Shown here piece by piece: positions 22,851-34,262 of a stretch of 36,992 bases of DNA. Made by a program: the position numbers and the translations under genes. The notes under the pieces are model-generated. The model ran no database searches, was not told where the DNA came from, and saw only the letters and a list, made by a program, of their open reading frames with translations. The stretch is taken from positions 16,093,831 through 16,130,822 of the forward strand of contig NC_068989.1 in assembly GCF_001194135.2 (NCBI RefSeq). Reading direction: 5' to 3'. Position 1 is the first letter of the stretch, and each line of letters starts with the position of its first letter. This DNA comes from Octopus bimaculoides. Lineage: Eukaryota.

Positions 22851-22954
22851 TGATCGGTCATTTCCATCCAGTCTTGCATGAAGATAATAACAATGGGTTA
22901 ATGTCCGCAGTCACATGATTATCAAAACTCTGGAGCCAACGTGATAGCCTCTAC

Positions 22955-23140
22955 ACTGTCTTCCGACTTGCTAGATATAGCAGTTACGTCTAATACTGAT
23001 AACATTGTACTATCGTATATGTACAAATGAAGCATTTGATGATATGGAGATGGTTTATCTGAATAAAGACTGATTCTGTGATCAAAGGAATGTTCGATCA
23101 GAATTGATCTAGGGGTAAACAAAAACAACACCAACAACAA
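22955..23140 (+). mobile_element. Family D repeat copy with (AAC)n tail
   Basis: acttgctagatatagcag…gatcaaaggaatgttcgatcagaattgatctaggggtaaacaaaaacaacaccaacaac. Confidence 0.6.
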
Positions 23141-23469
23141 AATCATTTCTAGCCCTTGTCTTCTATTTAGAAATATGTACTTGCTGAGCGACACAACGAA
23201 AAGCTGGAGAATGCTATAACTGACAAGTGTTCTGATAGCATGCAGAGCAGAGTGCAAAACTCGCTGTGATTTTGGTGAAGTCAGAAATATAGTTTATATA
23301 TAGCCATAAACAGATGAACGAACCAAAACAATATGCAATGAACATGTAATCCAGATATAAATGAACGCAGATTTTACTGCGTGATTACGAAGCTCGGCTC
23401 GTAAACACGCAGCTTCGTAATTACGCTGCAAATATCTCAGTTCTAAACAAATAACATATGTTATGGCTT

Positions 23470-23593
<124 letters not shown>

Positions 23594-23616
23594 GCATACA
23601 TTTTATGTTTATTATA

Positions 23617-23650
23617 TACTTGCACTCTATCGTCCGACTTCGGTTTGGCA
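23617..23650 (-). mobile_element. Putative degenerate Helitron 3' terminus
   Basis: Minus strand caaaccgaagtcggacgatagagtgcaagt: weak hairpin followed by GCAAGT in place of GCTAGT; resembles a recalled octopus Helitron end. Confidence 0.3.
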
Positions 23651-24412
23651 TTATATGCATTTGAATAAATTGCAGAGTATATATCTTAGAGCAGAATAAA
23701 ACAGGAGAGTTTTTATTATAATATCGTAAAATACTTAATCTTTACATGAGTTTCACTAGGGAATACTAGTATGTTATGCGGAAATCGCTATGTAGACATA
23801 TTATTTTCTACCAACATAGGTTGATTGGCAGTACTACGGTTTAACTGTATACCTTAGCACTGCAATAGAATTACAATATTCTTCTAAAAATCTGGCGGTT
23901 TTTCATTCATTTACGACGAATGGATTTTAACAAACTAGTAAGGTGGTTGATTGATCGAACTATTAATCGGACAATCCATTAATTAATTAGTTAACTAGCC
24001 TATGTTGTGTCTGTATCAAAAGATTGTTGCTCATTTGCTTTTTATTGAAAAGCGAAGGAAATTGGAACACGATAATTACTTAATGCACTTTATATATATA
24101 CTTTATATACTTTATACACAATTTTATAGACTTAATACACAGCACTCATAAAATAAATATTCACTCATATTTTTCCATTTTCTCCATAAATAGAAAAAAT
24201 TACATTTTAAAATTTACAAGGTCACAATTTCATATCTAGAAGGTTAAAATTTTATAGTAAAATATTATTTTATGTGTAAAATATAGGGGTCACAATTTCA
24301 CGGGGGTAAAAATTTAGTGCAACATGGCATACTCTGGAAGCCACACCGTTCGTAACTTATAAGCCAAGGCAATGGGTCAGAGCCAATATACATTTCAATT
24401 TGCCTGCACCTT

Positions 24413-24735
24413 TCAATCAAATGCTTCTTTGCAAACTATGTTCTTCGTGTAAGTTTTCCCTCTTCTTTTCCCTTGTTTGCTAGTGTTGATAACTTTAACA
24501 CTCACATCAGATAATTTGCGAGCCTTGAGAATGCAGCATATATCAGACCTTGGCCGAATACAGGTTCAGGCAAGAACAGCCTCACTTTATCAAATGTCTG
24601 CCCTTGTGATTTATTGACAGTGATTACATATAATAGGCGAACGAGAAACTGCTTTCTTTCTAAAGTGAACGGCAAGTTTAAGATGCGCATGTGTTAAGTG
24701 ATAGGTGATAAAAAAATACTCTTTACTCTGCACTC
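24413..24735 (-). pseudogene. Helitron RepHel, C-terminal PIF1-like helicase fragment
   Basis: NLPFTLERKQFLVRLLYVITVNKSQGQTFDKVRLFLPEPVFGQGLIYAAFSR, frameshift, then LSDVSVKVINTSKQGKRRGKTYTKNIVCKEAFD*; matches the Helitron QFP..L.FA.TINKSQGQT…GQLYVA.SR…T.NIV motifs. Confidence 0.93.
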
Positions 24736-25299
24736 ACCATCGAAGTAAATAGAAAACTAAGCGCCAATCAGTCACTGATCTTGCAACAAGCAAAATAGCT
24801 AATGAGAAACCGTACGGTCTGGTGATCCTGTCGTCTGCTAGAAGATGGTAGGGGTTCGCTCCCCTGCTTGCAATATATATCGGTTGCAGATTGCATCGAT
24901 AACCAGCAGGAGGAGGCTCTTTCCGGGCTTAAAAACGGAACAACCATATAGATGTGGCGATAAATAGTAATGTTTTGTTGTATTTTCCACAAGGGCATCA
25001 GATGAGAGGAGCACTACAAGGACAGTTTATAATAAAAAAGTTATTCTCATCCAGGGTTCTCTGGTCTATAGACGCACATGAAGTAGATCCATTCATCCAA
25101 ACCGTTTTTTCCACAGTCACTCACCTTTTAAGTTTGCTTGGGCTGTGTATTTCCCTTCCCATACTCACTTCACTCCTCAAGTGAACTTCAAAACGTCGAT
25201 GAGGGTTTTACCCGAGTAGAAAGTGTTTATCCTCAACCCTTTCAGCTTCAGCTTCCGCACAATATTTTTCTGCGTTCAACGCTGAGAAATTCCAAGCGC

Positions 25300-25765
25300 T
25301 CAGCAATCGGCCCACAACAAATTGCAATCGGAATACTACACAGAACCAGGGTGTGCTGAAATTTTTGAGTTACGATGGATGTGTGATCTGGAAATGGATA
25401 TGTGTAATAATGCAGCATTCCGTGTGCATATTACTAAAATGGCAACAATGTGCAGGCGACTGACTTGGTAGATTCTCAGTTTCTCAGAAGAAAAGAAGGA
25501 ACCTATCCTGGCTTTATGGTGAATATTTGTTCTAACTCGCCAACACTATTGAACGAAATTATGGTCGCTAGATAGTGTCAAACTAATAGCGGAACTCTAG
25601 GCAATCCAACACCACTAACTTCTTGGCGAAGTCATTGAAGTTATATTAATATTCCACTTACTTCTTTTGGTGGTGACGATGATGAGGTTAAGGATGTTTT
25701 GCAGTTGCTATCATCTTTTGTTACCTTTGCTATTGTTGCAGATGAGTTTTTGCTCCGTGAGCAAG
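25300..25765 (+). pseudogene. RTE LINE APE endonuclease N-terminal half (highly decayed)
   Basis: RRKEGTYPGFMVN…PTLLNEIMVAR and PLTSFGGDDDEVKDVLQLLSSFVTFAIVADEFLL resemble RTE RREAGVGFAI…INERLMTLR…YAPT….DEVKD.FY..L……ADKL.LLGDFN. Confidence 0.5.
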
Positions 25766-26409
25766 AAATATTACAAGTAATTAACTGCCTTAATATAACC
25801 ATACGTACTTATTTTAAAGATACATATGGATATGTATGTATATGCATAAAAATGTATATATATATATATATATATATATATNNNNNNNNNNNNNNNNNNN
25901 NNNNNNNNNNNNNNNNNNNNNNNNNNNNNNNNNNNNNNNNNNNNNNNNNNNNNNNNNNNNNNNNNNNNNNNNNNNNNNNNNNNNNNNNNNNNNNNNNNNN
26001 NNNNNNNNNNNNNNNNNNNNNNNNNNNNNNNNNNNNNNNNNNNNNNNNNNNNNNNNNNNNNNNNNNNNNNNNNNNNNNNNNNNNNNNNNNNNNNNNNNNN
26101 NNNNNNNNNNNNNNNNNNNNNNNNNNNNNNNNNNNNNNNNNNNNNNNNNNNNNNNNNNNNNNNNNNNNNNNNNNNNNNNNNNNNNNNNNNNNNNNNNNNN
26201 NNNNNNNNNNNNNNNNNNNNNNNNNNNNNNNNNNNNNNNNNNNNNNNNNNNNNNNNNNNNNNNNNNNNNNNNNNNNNNNNNNNNNNNNNNNNNNNNNNNN
26301 NNNNNNNNNNNNNNNNNNNNNNNNNNNNNNNNNNNNNNNNNNTATATATATGTACATACACACACAACACGCACGCACGTACCCCACCACACACTCACGC
26401 ACGAGTATG

Positions 26410-26590
26410 GTACTGTAAGCAGGAGGAAAGAACTCAAGGCATGAGTATACATGCACTTTTTTTTTATTAAGAATCGACAGAAATTACAGAATAGCTCGAG
26501 TTACAGTTTCGAGTGGTGCCACTTGCGGAACTTGCCCTGTTTGATAAGTGCTAACGCACGAGACATTTGACCCTTGAGTCACTCTAATTC
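26410..26590 (-). mobile_element. Possible Penelope-like terminal repeat fragment
   Basis: Reverse complement has hairpin-cgaaac…aataaa architecture; the hammerhead core is degenerate. Confidence 0.3.
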
Positions 26591-26611
26591 TGCTGATTAT
26601 TAATAAACAAT

Positions 26612-26613
26612 AT

Positions 26614-26663
<50 letters not shown>

Positions 26664-26850
26664 GCACACATGTGTGTGTTTCTGTATATAAATATACAAA
26701 AAAGTATAATATATGTGTATTTATATATACATATGCATATATATATGTATAGGTATATATGTGTGTTGAGATGTCGTGATAGACATATAGATAGACATAT
26801 TGATAGAGATATATATAGGTATATACATACGCAAACATTATATGTATGCA

Positions 26851-26881
<31 letters not shown>

Positions 26882-27120
26882 GTATATATACGTACATATA
26901 TGTATTTACATACCTATAAACATCTTTGCATATATATGTGTGTATATATGGGTGAATGTGTGTACATGTGTGTGCCCGCACGCGAGTGCGTGTGTGTGTG
27001 TGTGTATGTATATATATATATATATATATATATACATACATATACATACACACACACATCTATATATAAATGCATGCACACACACACACACATAAATATA
27101 TATGTATTGACACACACATA
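26612..27120. repeat. Long compound (CA)/(TA)/(TG) microsatellite array
   Basis: Seen directly; source of many spurious ORFs. Confidence 0.95.
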
Positions 27121-27474
27121 TCAAGTAATCAAAATGGCTGCAACTTCTGCATGAACCGATGAGAATTGCAGTAAGAAGAACGACATGTTATTCTGTTTAA
27201 AATGCTGAACAACGTTGTAATCAACATGCTGCTATTCTTTCAGGCAAAATTAATTACAAACTTGTTCATTGAGAACATACTCAATAAGAGTTAAATCTAT
27301 CATGAGATACAGAAACTTGAATATTTTGTGCAAATCCTTCAAAGATTGATCATCCACACTACTATATTAGATTATGACAGCGAGCCGCCAAAGTCAGATA
27401 GTACATAAATGGTACCCATGAAGTCCATTAGGTTACAGCAGTAGTAGTAATATTGACAGTAGTAGCAGCAAAAT

Positions 27475-27716
27475 TATTTTCGACTCCAGGCACAAGGCCC
27501 GAAATTTTGGGAGAGGGGGGCCAGTCAATTAGATCGACCTCAGTACGCAACTGCTACTTCGCAAATGGTACTTCGCAAATGGTACTTAATTTATCGACCC
27601 CGAAAGGAGAAAGGCAAAGTCGATTACGGCGGAATTTGAACTCAGAACGTAAAGACACGAAATACCGCTAAGCATTTCGCCCGGCGTGCTAGTGTTCCTG
27701 CCAGCTCGCTGCCTTA
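27475..27716 (-). mobile_element. SINE family B, tail type 1, with an internal 14-bp duplication (tacttcgcaaatgg x2)
   Basis: Reverse complement of 8674-8887. Confidence 0.9.
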
Positions 27717-27744
27717 CAGTCGCAGCAATATTAGTAATAGTTAT

Positions 27745-27935
27745 CGTTGTTGTTTCGTTCTGGGTTAGCCCTGATTGATGAATAAATCAAAGGTGTTTTC
27801 TCTGTGACCATTCACTATTTTTGTAAATCAGGGACTAAACTGCCCTATATGTGACCTTTTTCCTTTCTTTTTTTTTAAGAAGGCGGTTGAATGTGATTTG
27901 ACTGCTAGTATTTCTAGTAATTTGAGGTCGTTCGT
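27745..27935 (-). mobile_element. Family D repeat copy
   Basis: gttgttgtttcgttctgggttagccctgattg…tcaaaggtgtt…gtgacc…gatttgactgctagtatttctag. Confidence 0.6.
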
Positions 27936-28034
27936 TTGGTTTTTCTTTGTGGGAGATTTCACCGTTACTACTTCTGGCAGTTCTCATTGCTATTACTTCA
28001 AATACGTTTGTGATAATCATTATCGTTTAGTTTT

Positions 28035-28345
28035 ACTAGGAGCTACCGAAGAAACCTCTACATGGTCGTTCGGATAACAAGAAGTAACTACCAAATCTTT
28101 CTCAGATAAAACCCTACTTGACGCTCAAAGGTCTCAGGCCAACGCAGAATCATATCCGTCGTCATATGACATGTTAGAAACAGCAGTCGAGTCTTATTAA
28201 ACCTATTATTCATCGCTATAAAAATGGAGAGCACACTCGATAGTGTAGCCCACTGCTTCAACAAAATAAAAAGAGAATGACAGAATGGTCACGATCAGAA
28301 TATTCTTGTCATAAATCAAATAAGGCTGACCTGGTCTAATATGTG
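28035..28345 (+). mobile_element. Family D repeat, degraded/interrupted
   Basis: cctctacatggtcgttcgg…ccaaatctttctc…gaatggtcacgatcagaatattcttgtcataaatc…gctgacctgg. Confidence 0.5.
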
Positions 28346-29534
28346 TGCATGGATGTATTCATTTACCCAAAGGTATGTCTCTCCACCTGGAGGAACCCTT
28401 CTCACGACATTGCCTGGCACCAATTTACTTGGTGCTGACATTTCTTTCCTTTATTCTCAACGCTAGATTGGTGAGGGTTTCTTTTCGGACACCGAGGCGG
28501 AATTTGAACTCATAACAAATACAATAAGCTACCTTGTCTGACATCTTTATACAAAACTCAGTTTCTAGGTTGGACATCTTTTGTAGAGGTTACTAAAAGC
28601 TTTCTAGGAAACCATAGAGTTGACCTATTGTGAGCTTCTTTGGGATCTACTGTCAGATTCTTAGAGATTACTGAATGCATGTTAAAGAATGTGTTGCAGG
28701 ATGGCTGTAATTTTTTTTACTTACACTTTGGCTACTTCTCTGCAGGTCTTGATAAGTGAAGAGAATGACGAAAATTCCCATGTTCGATCTGACTGCGGCA
28801 AATGCCATTATCTATTGTAGCTCGTAAGTGAAACCGAATACATTGAATCTGTAAAGAAGTGCGTTGAGTGGGTTGTTCCTTTAATTCAAATGTAAGGCTT
28901 TATCACATGTTCTGTCACGATGATTCTACATCATAGTTACATTACGAAACACGCATAGAAGGAATGCTTACTCACACGTTAATTCAAGAGAAGGTAATTC
29001 AGTTAAACACGAGTGAATCTTCATCGTCGAACGGCGGCGAACCACCAAAAAATATCACGAGATCCTCTGAATCTTATAAACGAAAACGAAGTACAACGTG
29101 GTGGAGTTTTACTATTCAATAAGTACTGCAAAATTTTTATGCAGTCATATGAAAGGATTTATGTGAGTCGTAATGGTAGTAATTCTGTAACAATATATTT
29201 CTAAGACAGAATATGTCTAGAAAGAATATTATCCCTGTTCAACGTCTTTTGCATGTAGTCATCAATTCTTTTTAAAGAGAAACTTTGAAATGTGCTTACA
29301 ACTTTATCAAGACCCCAGGGGTAAAAGATACACGTTAATCAAAATCTAGTTGCAATACCCAAACTGAAATTTCAGATCTGTATTTAACACCACTAAATTT
29401 GATATTTTCTTTTCCGTACAAAATTTCACTTTAGGCAGAAGGTCTGAAATTTTAGGGGGAGAGATCTAGTTGATTACAGTGACTCAGGTACTTAATTCCC
29501 ATTCTACAAACTGACAAACAATTCCGTGAATACT

Positions 29535-29565
29535 TTACCGGGCAAAGCTGGGTAGTAAGTTTAGT
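29535..29565 (+). mobile_element. Putative Helitron 3' terminus (plus strand, non-autonomous type)
   Basis: taccgggcaaagctgggta: imperfect GC hairpin followed 6 nt later by TTAG|T, resembling the Helitron hairpin + CTAG|T end. Confidence 0.4.
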
Positions 29566-29569
29566 ACAT

Positions 29570-29606
<37 letters not shown>

Positions 29607-29733
29607 CAGGGTGTCCACAATGTCTGGGTACATGGGGATTACCACATACTTTAAGAAATTATTATTTCTTATATTTAATTGCTTATATTATGATTTTATT
29701 TACTCCATGTAGCCAGACCTTGTGGACACCCTG
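29607..29733. mobile_element. 127-bp Tc1/mariner-superfamily MITE with TA target-site duplication
   Basis: TIRs cagggtgtccacaatgtctgggtacatgg / ccatgtagccagaccttgtggacaccctg (27/29 complementary), flanked by TA on both sides. Confidence 0.92.
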
Positions 29734-29784
29734 TATATATATATAAACCTTTTTCAATTTGAAAACCAAAACCACAGAACCTTT

Positions 29785-30320
29785 TCATCTTACTCCACTG
29801 GGTTAGTTACTGGGGGGAATTTTACTCTAATGCATAAAATAGATTTTGTGGTAGCTCATACGACCACTTTTCAAGCCATGAGAGTGCATTGCACTGATTG
29901 CAAATAATATTCATACGTCCCGGATTTTGTTGAGCATTTCGATTTGGCTTGATTGTAATATGAATTGAGCGATTCTGTATATAATGATTGGCAGTGCGAT
30001 TTTCATGTCGGTGTGCATCACACCGTTTCCTGTTAGTGTGTTGGACAAAAAGACGTTTCACCTACACGTTACTATATCACAACTGTTGCTACTCAGACAG
30101 ATTATGTGCCCACCGATCGATTACCATTAAATCGGTTCTTGTTAGGACGTCGCGCCAACTGCTGCTTAGATGAATTAGTTGCGGGTTCGGTTGCTAATCA
30201 CTTATTTCTGACTTTGAGTCTCTCAAACTTGCTCCAGACTTTTCTTTTCTTGCTTCTGTTTTTTTCTTTTCTTGATACTGTCTCAATGTTTCTCGATATT
30301 TTTTTCTTATTTTCTTATTT
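29785..30320 (-). pseudogene. Helitron RepHel N-terminal fragment (basic low-complexity region and Zn-binding motif)
   Basis: GRMNIICNQCNALSWLEK, then frameshifted CIRVKFPP, matching the Helitron G.M…C..C.A..W..E…CC..GKV.LP motif. Confidence 0.7.
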
Positions 30321-31805
30321 TTAGTTAATTTTGTTCCCCTAACTTGAACTGACAGATCACTTGTATATTTCAGCTCACAACATTCGGGATGTGCAATGAT
30401 GTGGTGAAAGAGATAGAAAGTTTATTGTAGTAGGATAATATTGCCAATAACTCATATTGGCACGTATCTATTGTTATTTAATTAGTTAGTTAATTAAATA
30501 TTGATTAGTTTATCAGCACCATTCGCCAGACACAATCAATAGGTAATTAATTTAATTAACAACAGTGATGTTGAGAGCACATCTTTATAGAACGTATTAC
30601 GCATCCAAACTTATATATATATATATATATATATATANNNNNNNNNNNNNNNNNNNNNNNNNNNNNNNNNNNNNNNNNNNNNNNNNNNNNNNNNNNNNNN
30701 NNNNNNNNNNNNNNNNNNNNNNNNNNNNNNNNNNNNNNNNNNNNNNNNNNNNNNNNNNNNNNNNNNNNNNNNNNNNNNNNNNNNNNNNNNNNNNNNNNNN
30801 NNNNACATACATACATACATACATACACGTGTATGTATTTATACACACATATGAGTGTGTGTGTATGTATGTGTGTAAACATAGGAAAATACGTTTTTTC
30901 TTCAGATTTCTGTTTCTTCTTGTGAATAACTCTTTCTAATGTCTATTGCAGTGCGTGTGAGTAAACCTATATTCAAAGCTTTCTATCAGGAACTAAAAAG
31001 AAAAAAAAATTTCGCAATTCACAGTTATCAAAAGAGTAAACATACAACTGACCATGCGACAAAAATTGTGATTACAATTCGATTCCAGTAACTCCGAGAA
31101 CTTTTTTGTGCTTCGTTGATGCCACTTACTAACGAAAGGTGTTGCTTATATTAGGAGAACACAAATGTTAGGATCAAATGAATTCTTGGATCGAAAGTAT
31201 ATATTTCTTAATTGTCCGTTAAAATTACCACTTCTATGGTGTCTGGAAGTATTTTCTCAACCACGAGGTAAATTTTGCGTAAACAAAATGCATGTAAATT
31301 TCAAAAAAGAATGATTCTATAATTCTACCATGTATTTCATTATGTTTCAGCTAGAGGCTGTGGCCATGCTGGGTCACTATTATTGATGGTATCGGGGACC
31401 TTTTTCAATAAGACTGATCGATATGATGGGGACCAGAATAATTCAATAAATAAAAGAATACAGGAATTTTTATCATTGTTGGTTGAAGTGTGAGGTGGAA
31501 CATCTTCCATCAGAATGCAGATTTCTTTTCTTAAGAAATATCTGAAAGAGAGACATTTTTAAACGCAATTCTACAAAACTGGAAAGGAAAAGAACTTGTT
31601 ATATCCGACTGATTTGTCTCTAAATTGGGTATCTTTCTGCGCTAATATAAAGAAATCAGAAGTGATATCAACATGATAAAACTAAAAGAAAATCATAAAT
31701 CAAGCTTAAATGTTTCTAATTTTAAAGAAAATGTTAGTCAGCTGTATTTGAGCAGAGCAATCACTGGCTTCACACGCATTCATAACTACTCAGCCTTGTT
31801 TTCAG

Positions 31806-31855
31806 GAATGGTTTATCTTAGATTACATCTTTCAAGGAACCTTTACTTTAAGGAA
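31806..31855 (+). CDS. Candidate 50-nt internal exon (EWFILDYIFQGTFTLR or xMVYLRLHLSRNLYFKE), host gene unknown
   Basis: Acceptor cagccttgttttcag|G and consensus donor GAA|gtaagt; two open frames; no repeat similarity noticed. Confidence 0.35.
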
Positions 31856-32396
31856 GTAAGTTATGATACCACAAAGATTTGGCTGCCAATTCTAGCACAT
31901 TCTGTGTCCACATGGAAGCTTCCTCATTGTCCCTTGAAGAGAATGCATTATAGGATGTGAAAACTTATTTAATTATTTCAGAATTAGAATTAGAATTAGA
32001 ATTTCTAACAGTTGGCAAATGAAATAGTAGTTTCACTGGTATCACTACATGTCCGTTAGTTTAGATGTAAGAGAAAAAAATGCTAATTGAGGCTAATTAT
32101 CGATGACCTTATGTCTCTCTGCAACAGAAAGTTTAATAAACTTGGAATTTATTATGTACGACGTTCAACACACATTTGTTGACTTCATAAAAATGTATTA
32201 TACATTTTTATATTATATTATATTACATTATATTATATCATATTGCGTAATGTACACGTATATATATATAAATGTACTCGTTGATTCTTATGCATTCATA
32301 AGTATAGATAAGACAACATTTGTGTGTGCGTAAATTTATATATGTATATTTCATATCTTATCTAAAATAACTATTGCTTAACCATCTTCTCACACC

Positions 32397-32444
32397 GTCT
32401 CCGATGAAGGGATATATAAAATATCCCGGAAACAGCTGTAAGAC
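32397..32444 (+). ncRNA. Minimal type-I hammerhead ribozyme-like motif (Penelope-associated type)
   Basis: Stem I gtct/agac; core CCGATGA…GAAA; 7-bp stem II gggatat/atatccc; 2-bp helix III with palindromic loop AGCT; GTA cleavage triplet. Deviations: U4>C and an A10.1/G11.1 mismatch. Confidence 0.65.
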
Positions 32445-32679
32445 CTATTTATAAATGTTCTAAAATCTTTCACAGCCCTGGATTTTTATCTCATTTTGAA
32501 ACTTTTTTTTTGTATGCACATGCTGATATATGACCTACGTTAGACTCCTCGTTCGCATAATCACCGAACCTGGAGCTTAACTATAGTCTGTCCATAGCAT
32601 TTACTCAGAATTACCTGACACATTTGGGCTTTATTGACAACATTACCTCTCATAACCTATATATAAATATCTATATCTA

Positions 32680-32749
32680 TATACTCTTTTACTCTTTTAT
32701 TTGGTTCAGTCATTTGACTGTGGCCATGCTGGAGCACCGCCTTTAGTCG
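32680..32749 (-). mobile_element. SINE A 3' end (rest in gap)
   Basis: actcttttactcttttatttggttcagtcatttgactgtggccatgctggagcaccgcctttagtcg. Confidence 0.9.
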
Positions 32750-33009
32750 NNNNNNNNNNNNNNNNNNNNNNNNNNNNNNNNNNNNNNNNNNNNNNNNNNN
32801 NNNNNNNNNNNNNNNNNNNNNNNNNNNNNNNNNNNNNNNNNNNNNNNNNNNNNNNNNNNNNNNNNNNNNNNNNNNNNNNNNNNNNNNNATATATATGAGT
32901 GTGTGCGAGTGGGTGGATATAAGACAGAAGGAAAAATCAAGAAAGCGAAAATACACGCAGGCACGACGTATGCACATACTGGTATGCAAAGCCGTATGTG
33001 GACTTCTAT

Positions 33010-33230
33010 TTGTAACTATCTTGTTCCATGGCTCACTTCCTGCACTCGTGACGCTTTATCAACCATGTGGAGGTAAAAGCTTCAGTAAAGGAATTCATTG
33101 CCTCGAAGGACAAGTGCTGATATCAGAATGGGATCAAAGAACTGATAGAAAGGTGGCTTCAGACGGTTCAGCACGATGGTTTCTGCTTACCAAGATATTG
33201 CAAAACTTTTGACTCAACAAAATAATATTT
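33010..33230 (+). pseudogene. mariner (DD34D-type) transposase C-terminal fragment
   Basis: 33025-33189 in one frame: SMAHFLHS*RFINHVEVKASVKEFIASKDKC*YQNGIKELIERWLQTVQHDG, matching the mariner DYHLFRSM…F…EEV…..FF.SK…Y..GI..L.ERW..V…DG.Y motif. Confidence 0.88.
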
Positions 33231-33289
33231 TCTAGAAATTTCCTCAAACAATTTCATAGCAATAAACGTTTGTTTTATTAAAGTACTCA

Positions 33290-33705
33290 CAAGGCATGCC
33301 TATGTGGTAAGACGTTTGCTTCCCAACACATGGTTTCGGGTTCAGTTCCAACGCATGGCATCTTGAGTAAGTACCTTTTACTATAGCCCCCAAGTCGACC
33401 AAAACCTTGTGAGGGGATTTGGTAGACGGAAACTGAAAGAAGCCAATCATATATATGTATGCATGTATGTATATATGTATGTATCTGTGCGTCTTTATGT
33501 TTGTGTTTGCCCCCTACCGCTGCTTGACGACTGGTGTTTATTCACGTGACCGCAACTTAGCGTTTCAATAAAAGAAAACGATGAAATAAGCACTAGCCTT
33601 AATTCAAAGTAAATCTTGTGGTCGATTCGTTCGACTAAGACCCCTCAAAGTGTTACGCTAGCATGGCTGCAGTTCAGTGACTGAATCAAGAACGATTAAA
33701 AAAAA
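33290..33705 (+). mobile_element. SINE family A, full length, diverged, short internal microsatellite
   Basis: Collinear with the other A copies. Confidence 0.85.
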
Positions 33706-34214
33706 AATAAAGTTGTTTATTGCTATATTCTGTTGACATACCTTTAATTTAATATTGAATGATCCCTATTTCATGTTCATCATGTTTGGTTGAGCTCCAC
33801 TCTCACACATCCTCTAGCCTATAATCACAACGAATGATTGAGAAACTGAAAAAGTTTTGAACCAAAGTTCTGGAGAAGCGTCACATTATATTATGACGTC
33901 ATAATGACAATTAAGAAAATATTCTAATTTTTTCATATTTAGTTTCCCCATACACTAACTCGCACGTACACACACCCACACATACATAATACATACATAC
34001 ATACTCTGTTGTTGATGTTGAAATTCCATTGAAGTAATCCTGGATCTAGGTTAGAAACCGGTTCTTTCCCTATTGGTAAGAAATCTTGAAATAAACTGAA
34101 TAATGACAAACATACATATATAAATATACACACATATACATATATATTATATGTGCATGTATATTTAAAAAAGTACAATATGCACATTTCCATGTGCATG
34201 TATGTATGTATATA

Positions 34215-34262
<48 letters not shown>

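Noticed and set aside
24954-25380. Minus-strand APE-like reading, strong-looking splice sites and a tcgatga-gggt/accc hammerhead-like motif
   Set aside because: The exon candidates have stops in all frames, the GAAA core is broken, and the plus-strand RTE interpretation fits the neighbouring sequence better.
28560-28960. Exon-like 28746-28823 (+), 15-nt micro-exon (-) and faint R4 RT-like similarity
   Set aside because: In-frame stop before the donor; the signals conflict between strands; the similarity is not convincing.
30952-30956. 5-nt micro-exon with good branch point, acceptor and donor
   Set aside because: Frame-shifting length and no corroboration; would need RNA evidence.
31673-31960. 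95-aa ORF as a single-exon gene
   Set aside because: No recognisable domain; only the internal 50-nt exon candidate is retained.
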